From assembly GCA_937907705.1 (NCBI GenBank), contig CALCVP010000072.1, positions 26,662-90,661 of the forward strand: a stretch of DNA of 64,000 nucleotides. Direction: 5' to 3'. Below, piece by piece: positions 9,553 to 18,612 of this stretch (positions are counted from its first letter, which is position 1; the number at the start of each line of letters is the position of its first letter). The notes below the pieces were generated by a model. It was not told where the DNA came from. It made no database searches and saw only the letters and a program-made list of their open reading frames with translations. Origin of the DNA: an uncultured Prevotella sp. Lineage in GTDB: Bacteria; Bacteroidota; Bacteroidia; Bacteroidales; Bacteroidaceae. The position numbers and the translations under genes are program-made.

Positions 9553-9888
9553 ATGAAAAAGTTAGTTTTCGCTGCAGTAGCAGTCATCGCAATGGTTTCA
9601 GTAGGCAACGTTTTTGCAGGTCAAGCAACAGTAGAAAGCAACGCTCGCATCATAGCAGCTGACACAGTAGACACTGTTTCTACACCAGCTTCAACCACAG
9701 AGACTCCATCAACATCAACGGAGACTCCTTCAACATCAACGGAGACTCCTTCAACATCAGCAGAGACTCCATCAACATCAACAGAGACTCCTTCAACATC
9801 AACAGATGCTCCTTCAACATCAACAGATGCTCCTGCAAGCAATGCAGATGCTCCTGCATCAACAAACGCACCTGCAACAGCAGAATAA
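9553..9888 (+). CDS. Small secreted Ser/Thr/Pro-rich (mucin-like) repeat protein
   Basis: Signal peptide MKKLVFAAVAVIAMVSVGNVFA, A-rich 5' UTR, 7-aa repeats TETPSTS/TDAPSTS. Confidence 0.85.
   Translation: MKKLVFAAVAVIAMVSVGNVFAGQATVESNARIIAADTVDTVSTPASTTETPSTSTETPSTSTETPSTSAETPSTSTETPSTSTDAPSTSTDAPASNADAPASTNAPATAE
9697..9864 (+). repeat. In-frame 21-bp tandem repeat, about 8 units
   Basis: ACAGAGACTCCATCAACATCA / ACGGAGACTCCTTCAACATCA and variants, degenerating toward the 3' end. Confidence 0.95.
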
Positions 9889-10241
9889 GAGGAGTTTGAG
9901 AGACCTTTAGAAATGTGTTGAAAGCAGGCGGTTTCAAAACAGACAGATTTTGAGCCCCTGCTTCATTCACCCTCTCTTGCCAGTGATGGTAACTTGCGTT
10001 GGGGTGATACACATTTCAAGTACAAAATATTTAATTTTTAAAACGCATATTTTATCAGACATACGCATATATAGAAGACAGCCCGCGAGGGTGGAGAAGT
10101 AAAGTTAATAGGTATTAAGTAAAGTTTTATCGTCATTCGTATTTATGTTGAAAGCAAAATACAATGATTGATAAATGCATACAATGATTAGAAAATAGGG
10201 TTCTGTATTTTTTTTAAAGTTTAGATTGTATATTAGGTGAT

Positions 10242-10285
10242 GAGGCCTCATGAGCTGTTAAAAAGCTTGTGAGGTTTCTCGTTTT
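10242..10285 (+). terminator. Intrinsic terminator ending the non-coding trailer
   Basis: GAGGCCTCATGAGCT-gttaaaa-AGCTTGTGAGGTTTC followed by TCGTTTT. Confidence 0.65.
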
Positions 10286-10392
10286 CAGTGCGGTGTGCAA
10301 TCAAAAATCATGACAAACAAAATTTGCCAAATAGCTCTTTATTATGGTTTGCAATGGGGTGGCGGCTCGTCTTTTGGTCTCTTTTTGGGTAG

Positions 10393-10537
10393 AAAAGCAT
10401 TGCTTTTGGATAGAAAACCATGCTTTTACGCCTTGTAACCCTATGATTTATTGGGTGAAAACACCCTGTTTGCACTGCAAGAACAGTGCTTTTACGGGCT
10501 AAAAGCACTGCTATGGGTGGGCAAAAGCACCGTTGTT
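10393..10537. repeat. Degenerate 22-bp-period palindrome array
   Basis: Cores in 22-bp phase at 10413 GAAAACCATGCTTTT, 10479 AAGAACAGTGCTTTT, 10501 AAAAGCACTGCTATG and 10523 AAAAGCACCGTTGTT; one more core at 10393 AAAAGCATTGCTTTT. Confidence 0.6.
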
Positions 10538-10826
10538 GGCGGTCAACAAGTTGTCAATAGTGTGCATAAACCGTATAATTCGTTGAATACCAACATGTTG
10601 TATGTTTAATGAAATAGCTTCCTTTTTTGCCGTCAACAGCCTTTTCCGTGAGAGCGAGGGCAGTTTTGAGGCTTTAAACTGTCTTGGCTTGTAAAGGAAA
10701 GAGAAAGTGTGCAATGCCCTGTTTCTTAAAAATAAAGACAGTAAATTTTGACTGACTATGAAAAATAGCTATCTTAGCATTCTGAAAACAGATGATTCAG
10801 TATAACACATAAGCAGAAGTAAAGAT

Positions 10827-13355
10827 ATGAAATCGACCATTCCTGTAAAAGTAGGGGTAGGCTATGTATTGGTGTCTGCCGTTTTGGTAGTGGCTATATG
10901 GCTTATTTGCGGCAACACGCAAGAGCTGACGCGCATCAAGACGGCCGAGACTGAGTTTTCCAACCGTCGCGATATGGTAGACAGTTTGGTGTTTACCTTC
11001 TTGCAAGCCGGCAACAGTGAGCGTGCCGTCTTTTCGGGTAAGGCAGACCAATGGGACGAGTTTGACCGTGCCATGCGCCAGACTGCCCAGCTTGCCGACT
11101 CGCTCAAGCACCAGATATCAGACCCTGTCATGCAGCATAAGCTCGACACGTTGCGCCGCTTGGTCATGCGGCGGCGAGCCAACACTTTAGCTTTGATGGC
11201 CACTTTGGCACAGAACTCTACGGATGCTTACTACAAGCAGAAGGTGAAAAGCCTGCAACAGGGTAAAGACTCGGTGCTGGTGCATCCTGTGGAAACCAAT
11301 GTGAAAGAGAATGATGAGGTGGTGTACGATGTGGTGCAGACGCGTAAAGGCTTCTTCTCGCGTCTGGCTGATGCCTTCAGGCGGCAGCGTAAAGACACCG
11401 TGAGCATCCGCCGCAGCAGTGCAAAGGCGGTGGCAGACTCTGTCAGCAAGACTATCGACGTGGCGCATACCGTGGCAAGCGTGCTCGACGACATACGCCA
11501 GCAGCAAGCCCGCATGCAGCAACGCCAGCGCCGGCAGCAAGCCAACACCAGCCAGCAGCAGCTGTTGGAGAGCGTGCGCTTGGTGTCTCGTATTGAGCAA
11601 TTGCTTGAAGACCTTCGCACAGATGAGCACCAATGGCTGCAACAAGCCTTTGACCACGATATAGAGGCACGCCGGCAACTGATGATAGAGTTGGTGCTGA
11701 TGGCGGTAGTATCGTTGTTGGCATCGGGCATTCTGTTGCTTTTTGTGTGGCGCGACACTCATCGCGAGGCGCTGCAACGCCAGTATCTGGCAGAAGCCAA
11801 GGATGAAACCGAACGTGTGATGAACCAGCGCGAGCGCCTGTTGCTTACCATTACCCACGACATCAAAGCCCCTGTGGCATCCATATCGGGCTTTATAGAG
11901 CTGCTGTCGGAGCGCATGACCGATGCCAAGGCGCAAGACTATCTGCACAGCATACACGCTTCTGCCACCCATCTGCTGCAACTGGTCAGCTCGCTGCTTG
12001 ACTATCACCAGTTGGAGAGTGGCAAAGCCAGTGTGCATACCGCCGAGTTTAGCCCGCAGCGGGTGGTGGCACAGTCGGTAGAAGCCCTGCAACCACAAGC
12101 CCGCCACAAGGGACTTTCCCTTGCGTTTCATGCCGATGGCATGACGCATAGCCTCTATCGGGGCGATGCGTTCCGCCTGAAACAGATAGTGGACAATCTG
12201 GTGGGCAATGCGCTTAAATACACCGCAGAGGGCAAGATAGAGGTCATGCTATCCTTGCAGGTCAATGGTTTCAGACTGACAGTGGCAGACACAGGCTGCG
12301 GCATGACACCGGATGAGTGCCGGCGCGTGTTCCAAGCCTTTACGCGTCTGCCCCAAGCACAAGGCATAGAGGGCGTAGGCTTGGGGCTGTCCATCACCCA
12401 TGAGCTGGTAAACCTGCTGCATGGCACAATCCATGTACATTCTGTCAAGGGCAAAGGCACACAGTTTGTAGTAGTGCTTCCTTGTCCGTCAACGGGTCAG
12501 CGCGTGGCAGTGGAAACCGATACCTGCGTTGCCGCTCCACAGGCAGACAGCCATGAGGTGCCACAGTTGGCTTGCCACGATGAGATAAGGCTGATGGCGG
12601 TAGACGACAATGCCCTTCAACTGCAACTGCTCACAGAGATGCTGCTGCGTATTTCTGGCGGACAGCTGCACCTGAAGACCTATACAGATGTGGAAGAAGC
12701 CAAGAAACACTATGATGCAACGCCTCCACAGCTTTTCTTTATCGATTTGGAGATGCCCCGGCAGAGCGGACTCAGCTTTATGAAAAGCTTGCAGCGGCAT
12801 GACCATTGCCACTTGGTGGCCATGACAGCCCATGATGCGGGCATGGCAAGCAGCTTGATAGCCGAAGGCTTTGACGCCTGTCTGTTCAAGCCGTTTGACC
12901 TGCGCCAGTTGGCCACTTTGGTCAGTGGTTTGCTGCATGTGCCCCTTCAAACAGTGCCGCCACAGCCCAAGCGGCATGCAGCTTCTGCCGTGTCGCCTGC
13001 CCGCCGGTGGCTACAACCCCTGTTGGCCTTTGCCGATGGCGACGCTGCGGCAGAGCAAGCCATTCTCGGCAGCTTCTTTACTGAGCTGGATGCCTATGTA
13101 GCGGCACTGCGGGATGCTGCCCGCACCGACGACACTGACGCCATGCGCCGCATTGCCCACAAGGCTATGCCTGTGCTCAAGCAGATAGGTTCGCCGGCGG
13201 TGGCAGTGTTGCAGGCTCTTACCGCTGCCCATATCCATAAGCTGACGCCCCCCCAGCGTCAGGCTTTCTGCCAAAAAGCCATGGAAGAAATAGCCCGGCT
13301 GCAAGCCTTGAAACCGCAGGTAGACGAGGAGTATGGCAACGTCAATAAAGCTTAA
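10827..13355 (+). CDS. Hybrid sensor histidine kinase (TM-periplasmic-TM, HisKA, HATPase, REC, probable Hpt)
   Basis: H-box THDIKAP, N-box NLVGNALKYT, DTGCGM, GVGLGLSI, REC FIDLEMP...KP, C-terminal helical AHK motif. Confidence 0.93.
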   Translation: MKSTIPVKVGVGYVLVSAVLVVAIWLICGNTQELTRIKTAETEFSNRRDMVDSLVFTFLQAGNSERAVFSGKADQWDEFDRAMRQTAQLADSLKHQISDPVMQHKLDTLRRLVMRRRANTLALMATLAQNSTDAYYKQKVKSLQQGKDSVLVHPVETNVKENDEVVYDVVQTRKGFFSRLADAFRRQRKDTVSIRRSSAKAVADSVSKTIDVAHTVASVLDDIRQQQARMQQRQRRQQANTSQQQLLESVRLVSRIEQLLEDLRTDEHQWLQQAFDHDIEARRQLMIELVLMAVVSLLASGILLLFVWRDTHREALQRQYLAEAKDETERVMNQRERLLLTITHDIKAPVASISGFIELLSERMTDAKAQDYLHSIHASATHLLQLVSSLLDYHQLESGKASVHTAEFSPQRVVAQSVEALQPQARHKGLSLAFHADGMTHSLYRGDAFRLKQIVDNLVGNALKYTAEGKIEVMLSLQVNGFRLTVADTGCGMTPDECRRVFQAFTRLPQAQGIEGVGLGLSITHELVNLLHGTIHVHSVKGKGTQFVVVLPCPSTGQRVAVETDTCVAAPQADSHEVPQLACHDEIRLMAVDDNALQLQLLTEMLLRISGGQLHLKTYTDVEEAKKHYDATPPQLFFIDLEMPRQSGLSFMKSLQRHDHCHLVAMTAHDAGMASSLIAEGFDACLFKPFDLRQLATLVSGLLHVPLQTVPPQPKRHAASAVSPARRWLQPLLAFADGDAAAEQAILGSFFTELDAYVAALRDAARTDDTDAMRRIAHKAMPVLKQIGSPAVAVLQALTAAHIHKLTPPQRQAFCQKAMEEIARLQALKPQVDEEYGNVNKA

Positions 13356-13417
13356 CACACAGCATGATTGAAGGCAGGAAAGCAGGTGTTTTGGCCAAGT
13401 TTAGCTATCTTTGCAGC

Positions 13418-14221
13418 ATGATACATTGTTTTAAGTTCTATTTATTATTGCTCACAGCCTGCTTGGCCATGGCTTGTCAAGCCCATACACCACGTTCGCA
13501 GGTAACCACCAAAGCTGCTGCACGGCACGATACCGCCACTGCTGCACGCACAGTAGCCTTCACTGCTGAGCAGAAGCAGCTCCAGCAGTGGCAGGCGGGC
13601 ACCACTGTGAGTCTCAAGAGCGTTGAAGCGTATGGCTTGCAGCGCTGTTTCATGGCAGAGAAGATAAGCAATCGTGTGTTTGCCCGCATGCAGGGCCGCT
13701 CCTACAAGAGCTATTGCACCGTGCCACGCAGCGCATTGCGCTATGTCAAGGTGTTGCACTATAACCTCAAGGGCGACATCTGTCTGGGCGAATTGGTGGG
13801 CCATCAGAGCATCAGTGCCGACTTGGTGGCTATCTTCAAGCAACTTTTTGAAGCGCATTACCCCATTGAGCGCATGGTATTGATAGACAATTACGGAGCA
13901 GACGACGAGCTGTCTATGAACCACAACAATACATCATGTTTCAACTTCCGCTATGTGGAAGGCACCAAAGTGCTCTCCAACCACAGTCAGGGCAAGGCTA
14001 TCGACATCAATCCACTGTACAATCCGATGGTGAGAAAGCGCAAAGACGGCACGCTCTTTGTAAGTCCGGCAGCAGGAAAACCCTATGCCAAGCGTACCAA
14101 GCACTTTAAGTATAAGATAGATACAGCAGACCTTTGCTACCAGCTCTTTACGTGTCACGGATTCAAATGGGGCGGCAGTTGGCGTCATACCAAGGATTAC
14201 CAGCACTTTGAAAAGCAGTAA
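13418..14221 (+). CDS. M15-family peptidase (D,D-/L,D-peptidase-like), probable lipoprotein
   Basis: Zn motifs SNHSQGKAIDIN and WGGSW...DYQHFE; lipobox-like LAMAC. Start reassigned to the ATG at 13418. Confidence 0.85.
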   Translation: MIHCFKFYLLLLTACLAMACQAHTPRSQVTTKAAARHDTATAARTVAFTAEQKQLQQWQAGTTVSLKSVEAYGLQRCFMAEKISNRVFARMQGRSYKSYCTVPRSALRYVKVLHYNLKGDICLGELVGHQSISADLVAIFKQLFEAHYPIERMVLIDNYGADDELSMNHNNTSCFNFRYVEGTKVLSNHSQGKAIDINPLYNPMVRKRKDGTLFVSPAAGKPYAKRTKHFKYKIDTADLCYQLFTCHGFKWGGSWRHTKDYQHFEKQ

Positions 14222-14364
14222 GCGAGAGGAAAAGAACTGGTACTCCCCCTCGACAACAGCGGTGAAGGTGAAACAGAACAGCAAAAAATACATTGTATTA
14301 TAGTGCGAATGTGGATATTTTTGCTAATTTTGTAAACCCAAACACGCAATCTTAACCTTAAAAC

Positions 14365-17300
14365 ATGCACTTTAAAAGACAGATAACTCCCTATATATTA
14401 CGGTATCTATGGCTCTTGCTGCTTGTGCTTTTTGTGAAGACAGCTACTGCCGTCACAGTAGAATTCAGACAATTGGATACCAACAACGGTTTGGCAAGCA
14501 GCCAAATCAACTGCATATTCAAAGACCGTAGCGGTTATTTGTGGATGGGCACACCCACAGGATTGAGCCGCTTTGATGGCTTCAGGTTCAAGAACTTCTG
14601 CTTTAACGGTAACGACAAGACTTCTGTGCGCAGCAACACGATTGAAGACATCGTACAAGATGCTGACGGACAACTGTGGGTCGGCACCAACGAAGGCTAT
14701 TGCATATACGACCCTACAACCGAAAAGTTTAACAGAAAGCCTGAAACATGGATGGCAGAAAAAGGCATGTCAGGCGTGCCCGGCAGGGTATTTGCCGACG
14801 GGCAGCACAACCTTTGGATAGCTGTCAATGGCAAAGGCTGTTATGTGTACTATGCCAAGACCCGCACACCCCATCTGTTTACTATGGGCAAAGGGCGGAA
14901 CCAACTGCCTTTTGGCGTTGTTACCGATATTACACAAAGGGGCGCTTCTATCGTGGTAACTTATGACAATGGCACCATGATAAGGCTTGACCCGGAGCGG
15001 AAACGTGTGGTGTGGGTCAATACCACATTGGCACAAAACCGCAGTTTGGGCAAAAACCAGACTTATGAGACCTATATAGATACGCGCTACAACTACTGGG
15101 TACTGTCCAATAACGTGTCAATGGTCTACTCATCGGCAGAGAAACGCTGGTTTGACAATGCCGCCGACTATCTGCGCCACGTAGGTATCAACTGCCAAGT
15201 AGAGCGGTTAAACGTCAAGGCTGTGGCAGAAGACAGGCAGCAACAGTTATGGATAGCTACCGAACACGAGGGACTTTTTGTGGTCAATAGGCGGCAGCAC
15301 ACCATTGAACACTATACTTACACCTACGGTTCGCCCAACACGCTGCCCGACAACACGCTGCAAACGCTTTATCAAGACAATGACAATGGCATGTGGATAG
15401 GCACGTACAAGAATGGCGTAGCCTACTACTCGCCACAGCTTTCGCGCTATAAGTTAGTGTCATTGGGCGATATTTGCACCATTACACAAGACCTGCAAGG
15501 CAATTACTGGTGCGGAACCAACGATGCAGGACTGGTGTGCTATAATCCCTATACGGGCAAATCTGTGCGTTTGGGCAAAGATATTACCCATTTGGGAACT
15601 GATGTTGTGGTAAGCAGTCTGCGGGCATCAGACGGCAGTTTGTGGTTCGGCACCTTCAATGGCGGCATGGTTCATTATGCCAATGGCATCTTTACGGCTT
15701 ATAAAAAGGAACCGGGCAGGTTGGCAAACAACAGTGTATGGAGTCTGACAGAAGACAAAAGGGGCAACATCTGGATAGGAACTTTGGGCAGCGGACTGCA
15801 AGTGCTGAAGCCCAAGACAGGGCAATTCATCACCGTCAACAACCAAAACAGCAAGCTGACATCTAATTATATAGCTACGCTTTGCACCGACCGCAATGGC
15901 AATATCATAGCGGGCCACTCGCAAGGTGTGTCTGTTATCAATGCCGTCAGCCTGCAAATAACCAATATTGCGGCTTCTACCAATGGTCAGAGCTTTGACA
16001 GCAGGGCTGTCAATGATGTGTTTGTAGACCGCAGAGGGCTTATCTGGTGCGCCACTATGGGTGGTGTCAACATCTATGACCCTGTCAGCAAGAAAATATA
16101 TCGGCTGGCATCGCCCTCGCAGATGGCATGTAGCGTGGCAGAAGACCGCATGGGCAATGTGTGGGTAACCTTTGATCACGGGGCACAAGAAGTGAAAGTA
16201 ACACGCAAGGGTAACCTTGAATGGGACTTCTTTGCCACTAATTTTGATGAGCTGGACGGGTTGCAGAAGCGCCGTTTCAATCTTCGAAGCATCATGCTCG
16301 ATGCAAATGGCAATATCATCATGGGCGGGCAAGACGGTATCAACATCATTCCGCCTACTCCGCAAACGGTGCAAACAACGAATGCGAAGGTGTTGTTTAG
16401 CGGCTTGGTGCTCTTTGATCATCTTGTCAATGTGGGCGAAGAGTTCAATGGTTCCGTTATAACAGAACAGGACATCAACAGCAGTCGCATGCTGCGTTTG
16501 CGCCACTCGGACAACACCTTCACCCTGCTGTTGGCGTCAGACCGCATCAGTGTGCCGCAGAAAGTGCGCTTTCAGTATCGGATGGAGGGCGTAAACGATG
16601 GCAAATGGATGCTTACTTATGCCTCACAACCCAGCATAACGTTTACCAATCTCTCATCAGGCACTTACAAGTTGCAGGTTAAAGTGGTGAACAGAGATGG
16701 CACAGTAAGCCGCGAAATCTCACAACTTACCATTGTAATAGACCCTCCTTTCTGGCTTTCAGCATGGGCATTTGCCATTTATGTCATCCTTATTGTGCTG
16801 GTAGTGTGGCTCATTTGGCGCTTCACCATTTATCAACAGCTGGAAAAAATGAAGATAGAGCAGATACAGAAAGAGGCTGAACGCAATCGCAAACTGGATG
16901 AAATGAAGCTTACATTCCTTACCAGTGTGAGTCACGAATTGCGCACTCCGCTCGCTCTTGTCATCTCTCCATTGAAGGCTATGCTTGAAAAGGAGCAGGA
17001 TAAAGGCAAGCTACAGCAGCTCAACTTGATACTTCGCAATGCCAACAGGCTGCTCAATTTGGTGAACCAAACGCTCGACCTGCGCATGATAGAGAAGAAA
17101 AAGGCAGAGCTAAATCTGCACAATGGCGATATTGTTGGCTTCGTGCGCGACATCTGCAACGCCCATACAAGACTCTCACAGAAGCAAATCAAGTTTACGT
17201 TTACATCGACTGTGCCTTGTCTGAACATGTCATTCGATGATGACAAAGTGTACAAGATAGCCAACAATCTGCTCTCCAATGCATTCAAGTTTACGCCAAG

Positions 17301-18483
17301 CGGCGGGCAGATAGCAGTGTCTCTGGGCACCACTCCGCCCCTCTCGACCAGTGCTACCAACCTTCCTGTAACGGTAACGCTGCGTGTGGCAGACACGGGA
17401 GCGGGCATCAGCGATGCCGACAAGACCTATGTGTTTGACCGGTTCTATCAAGCCCACAATCAGACTCGTACGCCTTTTGGCGGCAATGGCATAGGTCTGA
17501 ATCTCGTGAAAGAGTTTACTGCATTGCATGGCGGTACCGTCAGCGTAGCCGATAACCCTGGAGGCGGCACTGTGTTTACCGTCTCTTTGCCGTATAGGCT
17601 GGATGAAACGCTGCCTGACCTCAATGCAGATAGCGACCCGTTGACTGTCAACAGCGTACAGAATGAATCGGCAAGCGAGGAACAGCAGGTATTGATGGAC
17701 GATGCAAACGACCGCTTGCGCCGTGGCGAATATGAGGTGTTGCTGGTGGATGACAGTGATGATTTCTTGCAGTTTGTAACCAGTCAGTTGCAGGAAATAT
17801 ATAAAGTGCGCACCGCGCACAATGGTATAGAGGCCCTGAAGTTAGTGGGTGAGCACAAGCCTGACATCATCTTGAGCGATGTGATGATGCCGGAGATGGA
17901 CGGCAATGAGCTTTGCCGTGCCATAAAAGGTAATCCAAAGACAGAGAGAATACCTTTTGTGATGCTCACGGCACGCCTCTCTACCAACTGTAAAATTGAG
18001 GGATTGACCAACGGGGCGGATGATTATATCACCAAGCCCTTTAACTTTGACTTGCTCAACTTGCGCATAGGCAACCTGCTGAAGTGGCATAATGCTACGC
18101 CGGTGGGCGAGAAGATGGACCCGAAAATAAAGCAACAGGAGATTACTTCATTGGATGAGCAACTGGTGGAGGATGCCACCCGCTATGTAGAAGCACACTT
18201 GTCTGACTCTGAACTCTCAGTAGAGACCATGAGCGAAGAGCTGTCCATGTCTCGTGTTCATCTCTATAAGCGCTTGCTGTCGGCCACAGGCAACACCCCG
18301 TCAGAGTTTATTCGCCTTGTCAGACTGCGCCATGCGGAGCAGCTTTTGCGCAACAGCCAGCTCAATGTGAGCGAAGTGGCGTATCGGGTGGGTTTCAATA
18401 ATCCCCGTTATTTCTCGAAATACTTTAAGGAGTTGTATGGAGTAATGCCCTCACAATACCGCAAGCAGGGCACTGCTGAGTAA
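14365..18483 (+). CDS. Hybrid two-component system regulator (HTCS)
   Basis: Beta-propeller repeats (D..G.LWIGT), Y_Y_Y-like region, TM, SHELRTPL, NLLSNAFKFT, REC SDVMMP, AraC HTH (VGFNNPRYFSKYFK). Confidence 0.96.
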   Translation: MHFKRQITPYILRYLWLLLLVLFVKTATAVTVEFRQLDTNNGLASSQINCIFKDRSGYLWMGTPTGLSRFDGFRFKNFCFNGNDKTSVRSNTIEDIVQDADGQLWVGTNEGYCIYDPTTEKFNRKPETWMAEKGMSGVPGRVFADGQHNLWIAVNGKGCYVYYAKTRTPHLFTMGKGRNQLPFGVVTDITQRGASIVVTYDNGTMIRLDPERKRVVWVNTTLAQNRSLGKNQTYETYIDTRYNYWVLSNNVSMVYSSAEKRWFDNAADYLRHVGINCQVERLNVKAVAEDRQQQLWIATEHEGLFVVNRRQHTIEHYTYTYGSPNTLPDNTLQTLYQDNDNGMWIGTYKNGVAYYSPQLSRYKLVSLGDICTITQDLQGNYWCGTNDAGLVCYNPYTGKSVRLGKDITHLGTDVVVSSLRASDGSLWFGTFNGGMVHYANGIFTAYKKEPGRLANNSVWSLTEDKRGNIWIGTLGSGLQVLKPKTGQFITVNNQNSKLTSNYIATLCTDRNGNIIAGHSQGVSVINAVSLQITNIAASTNGQSFDSRAVNDVFVDRRGLIWCATMGGVNIYDPVSKKIYRLASPSQMACSVAEDRMGNVWVTFDHGAQEVKVTRKGNLEWDFFATNFDELDGLQKRRFNLRSIMLDANGNIIMGGQDGINIIPPTPQTVQTTNAKVLFSGLVLFDHLVNVGEEFNGSVITEQDINSSRMLRLRHSDNTFTLLLASDRISVPQKVRFQYRMEGVNDGKWMLTYASQPSITFTNLSSGTYKLQVKVVNRDGTVSREISQLTIVIDPPFWLSAWAFAIYVILIVLVVWLIWRFTIYQQLEKMKIEQIQKEAERNRKLDEMKLTFLTSVSHELRTPLALVISPLKAMLEKEQDKGKLQQLNLILRNANRLLNLVNQTLDLRMIEKKKAELNLHNGDIVGFVRDICNAHTRLSQKQIKFTFTSTVPCLNMSFDDDKVYKIANNLLSNAFKFTPSGGQIAVSLGTTPPLSTSATNLPVTVTLRVADTGAGISDADKTYVFDRFYQAHNQTRTPFGGNGIGLNLVKEFTALHGGTVSVADNPGGGTVFTVSLPYRLDETLPDLNADSDPLTVNSVQNESASEEQQVLMDDANDRLRRGEYEVLLVDDSDDFLQFVTSQLQEIYKVRTAHNGIEALKLVGEHKPDIILSDVMMPEMDGNELCRAIKGNPKTERIPFVMLTARLSTNCKIEGLTNGADDYITKPFNFDLLNLRIGNLLKWHNATPVGEKMDPKIKQQEITSLDEQLVEDATRYVEAHLSDSELSVETMSEELSMSRVHLYKRLLSATGNTPSEFIRLVRLRHAEQLLRNSQLNVSEVAYRVGFNNPRYFSKYFKELYGVMPSQYRKQGTAE

Positions 18484-18498
18484 GGGTTGCTCCATGAG

Positions 18499-18563
18499 AG
18501 CAGATGTATTGGCTATGCAGACAAGTTCAATTGGAGCCTGTCTGTATAGCCAATACATCTGCT
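18499..18563. repeat. Long intergenic inverted repeat (65 bp)
   Basis: AGCAGATGTATTGGCTAT...ATAGCCAATACATCTGCT: 18-bp perfect outer stem extending to about 30 bp. Confidence 0.9.
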
Positions 18564-18612
18564 GAACAGGTCAAATGAAATGCAGAATAGCAATTAACAA
18601 GAAACAATAGGT

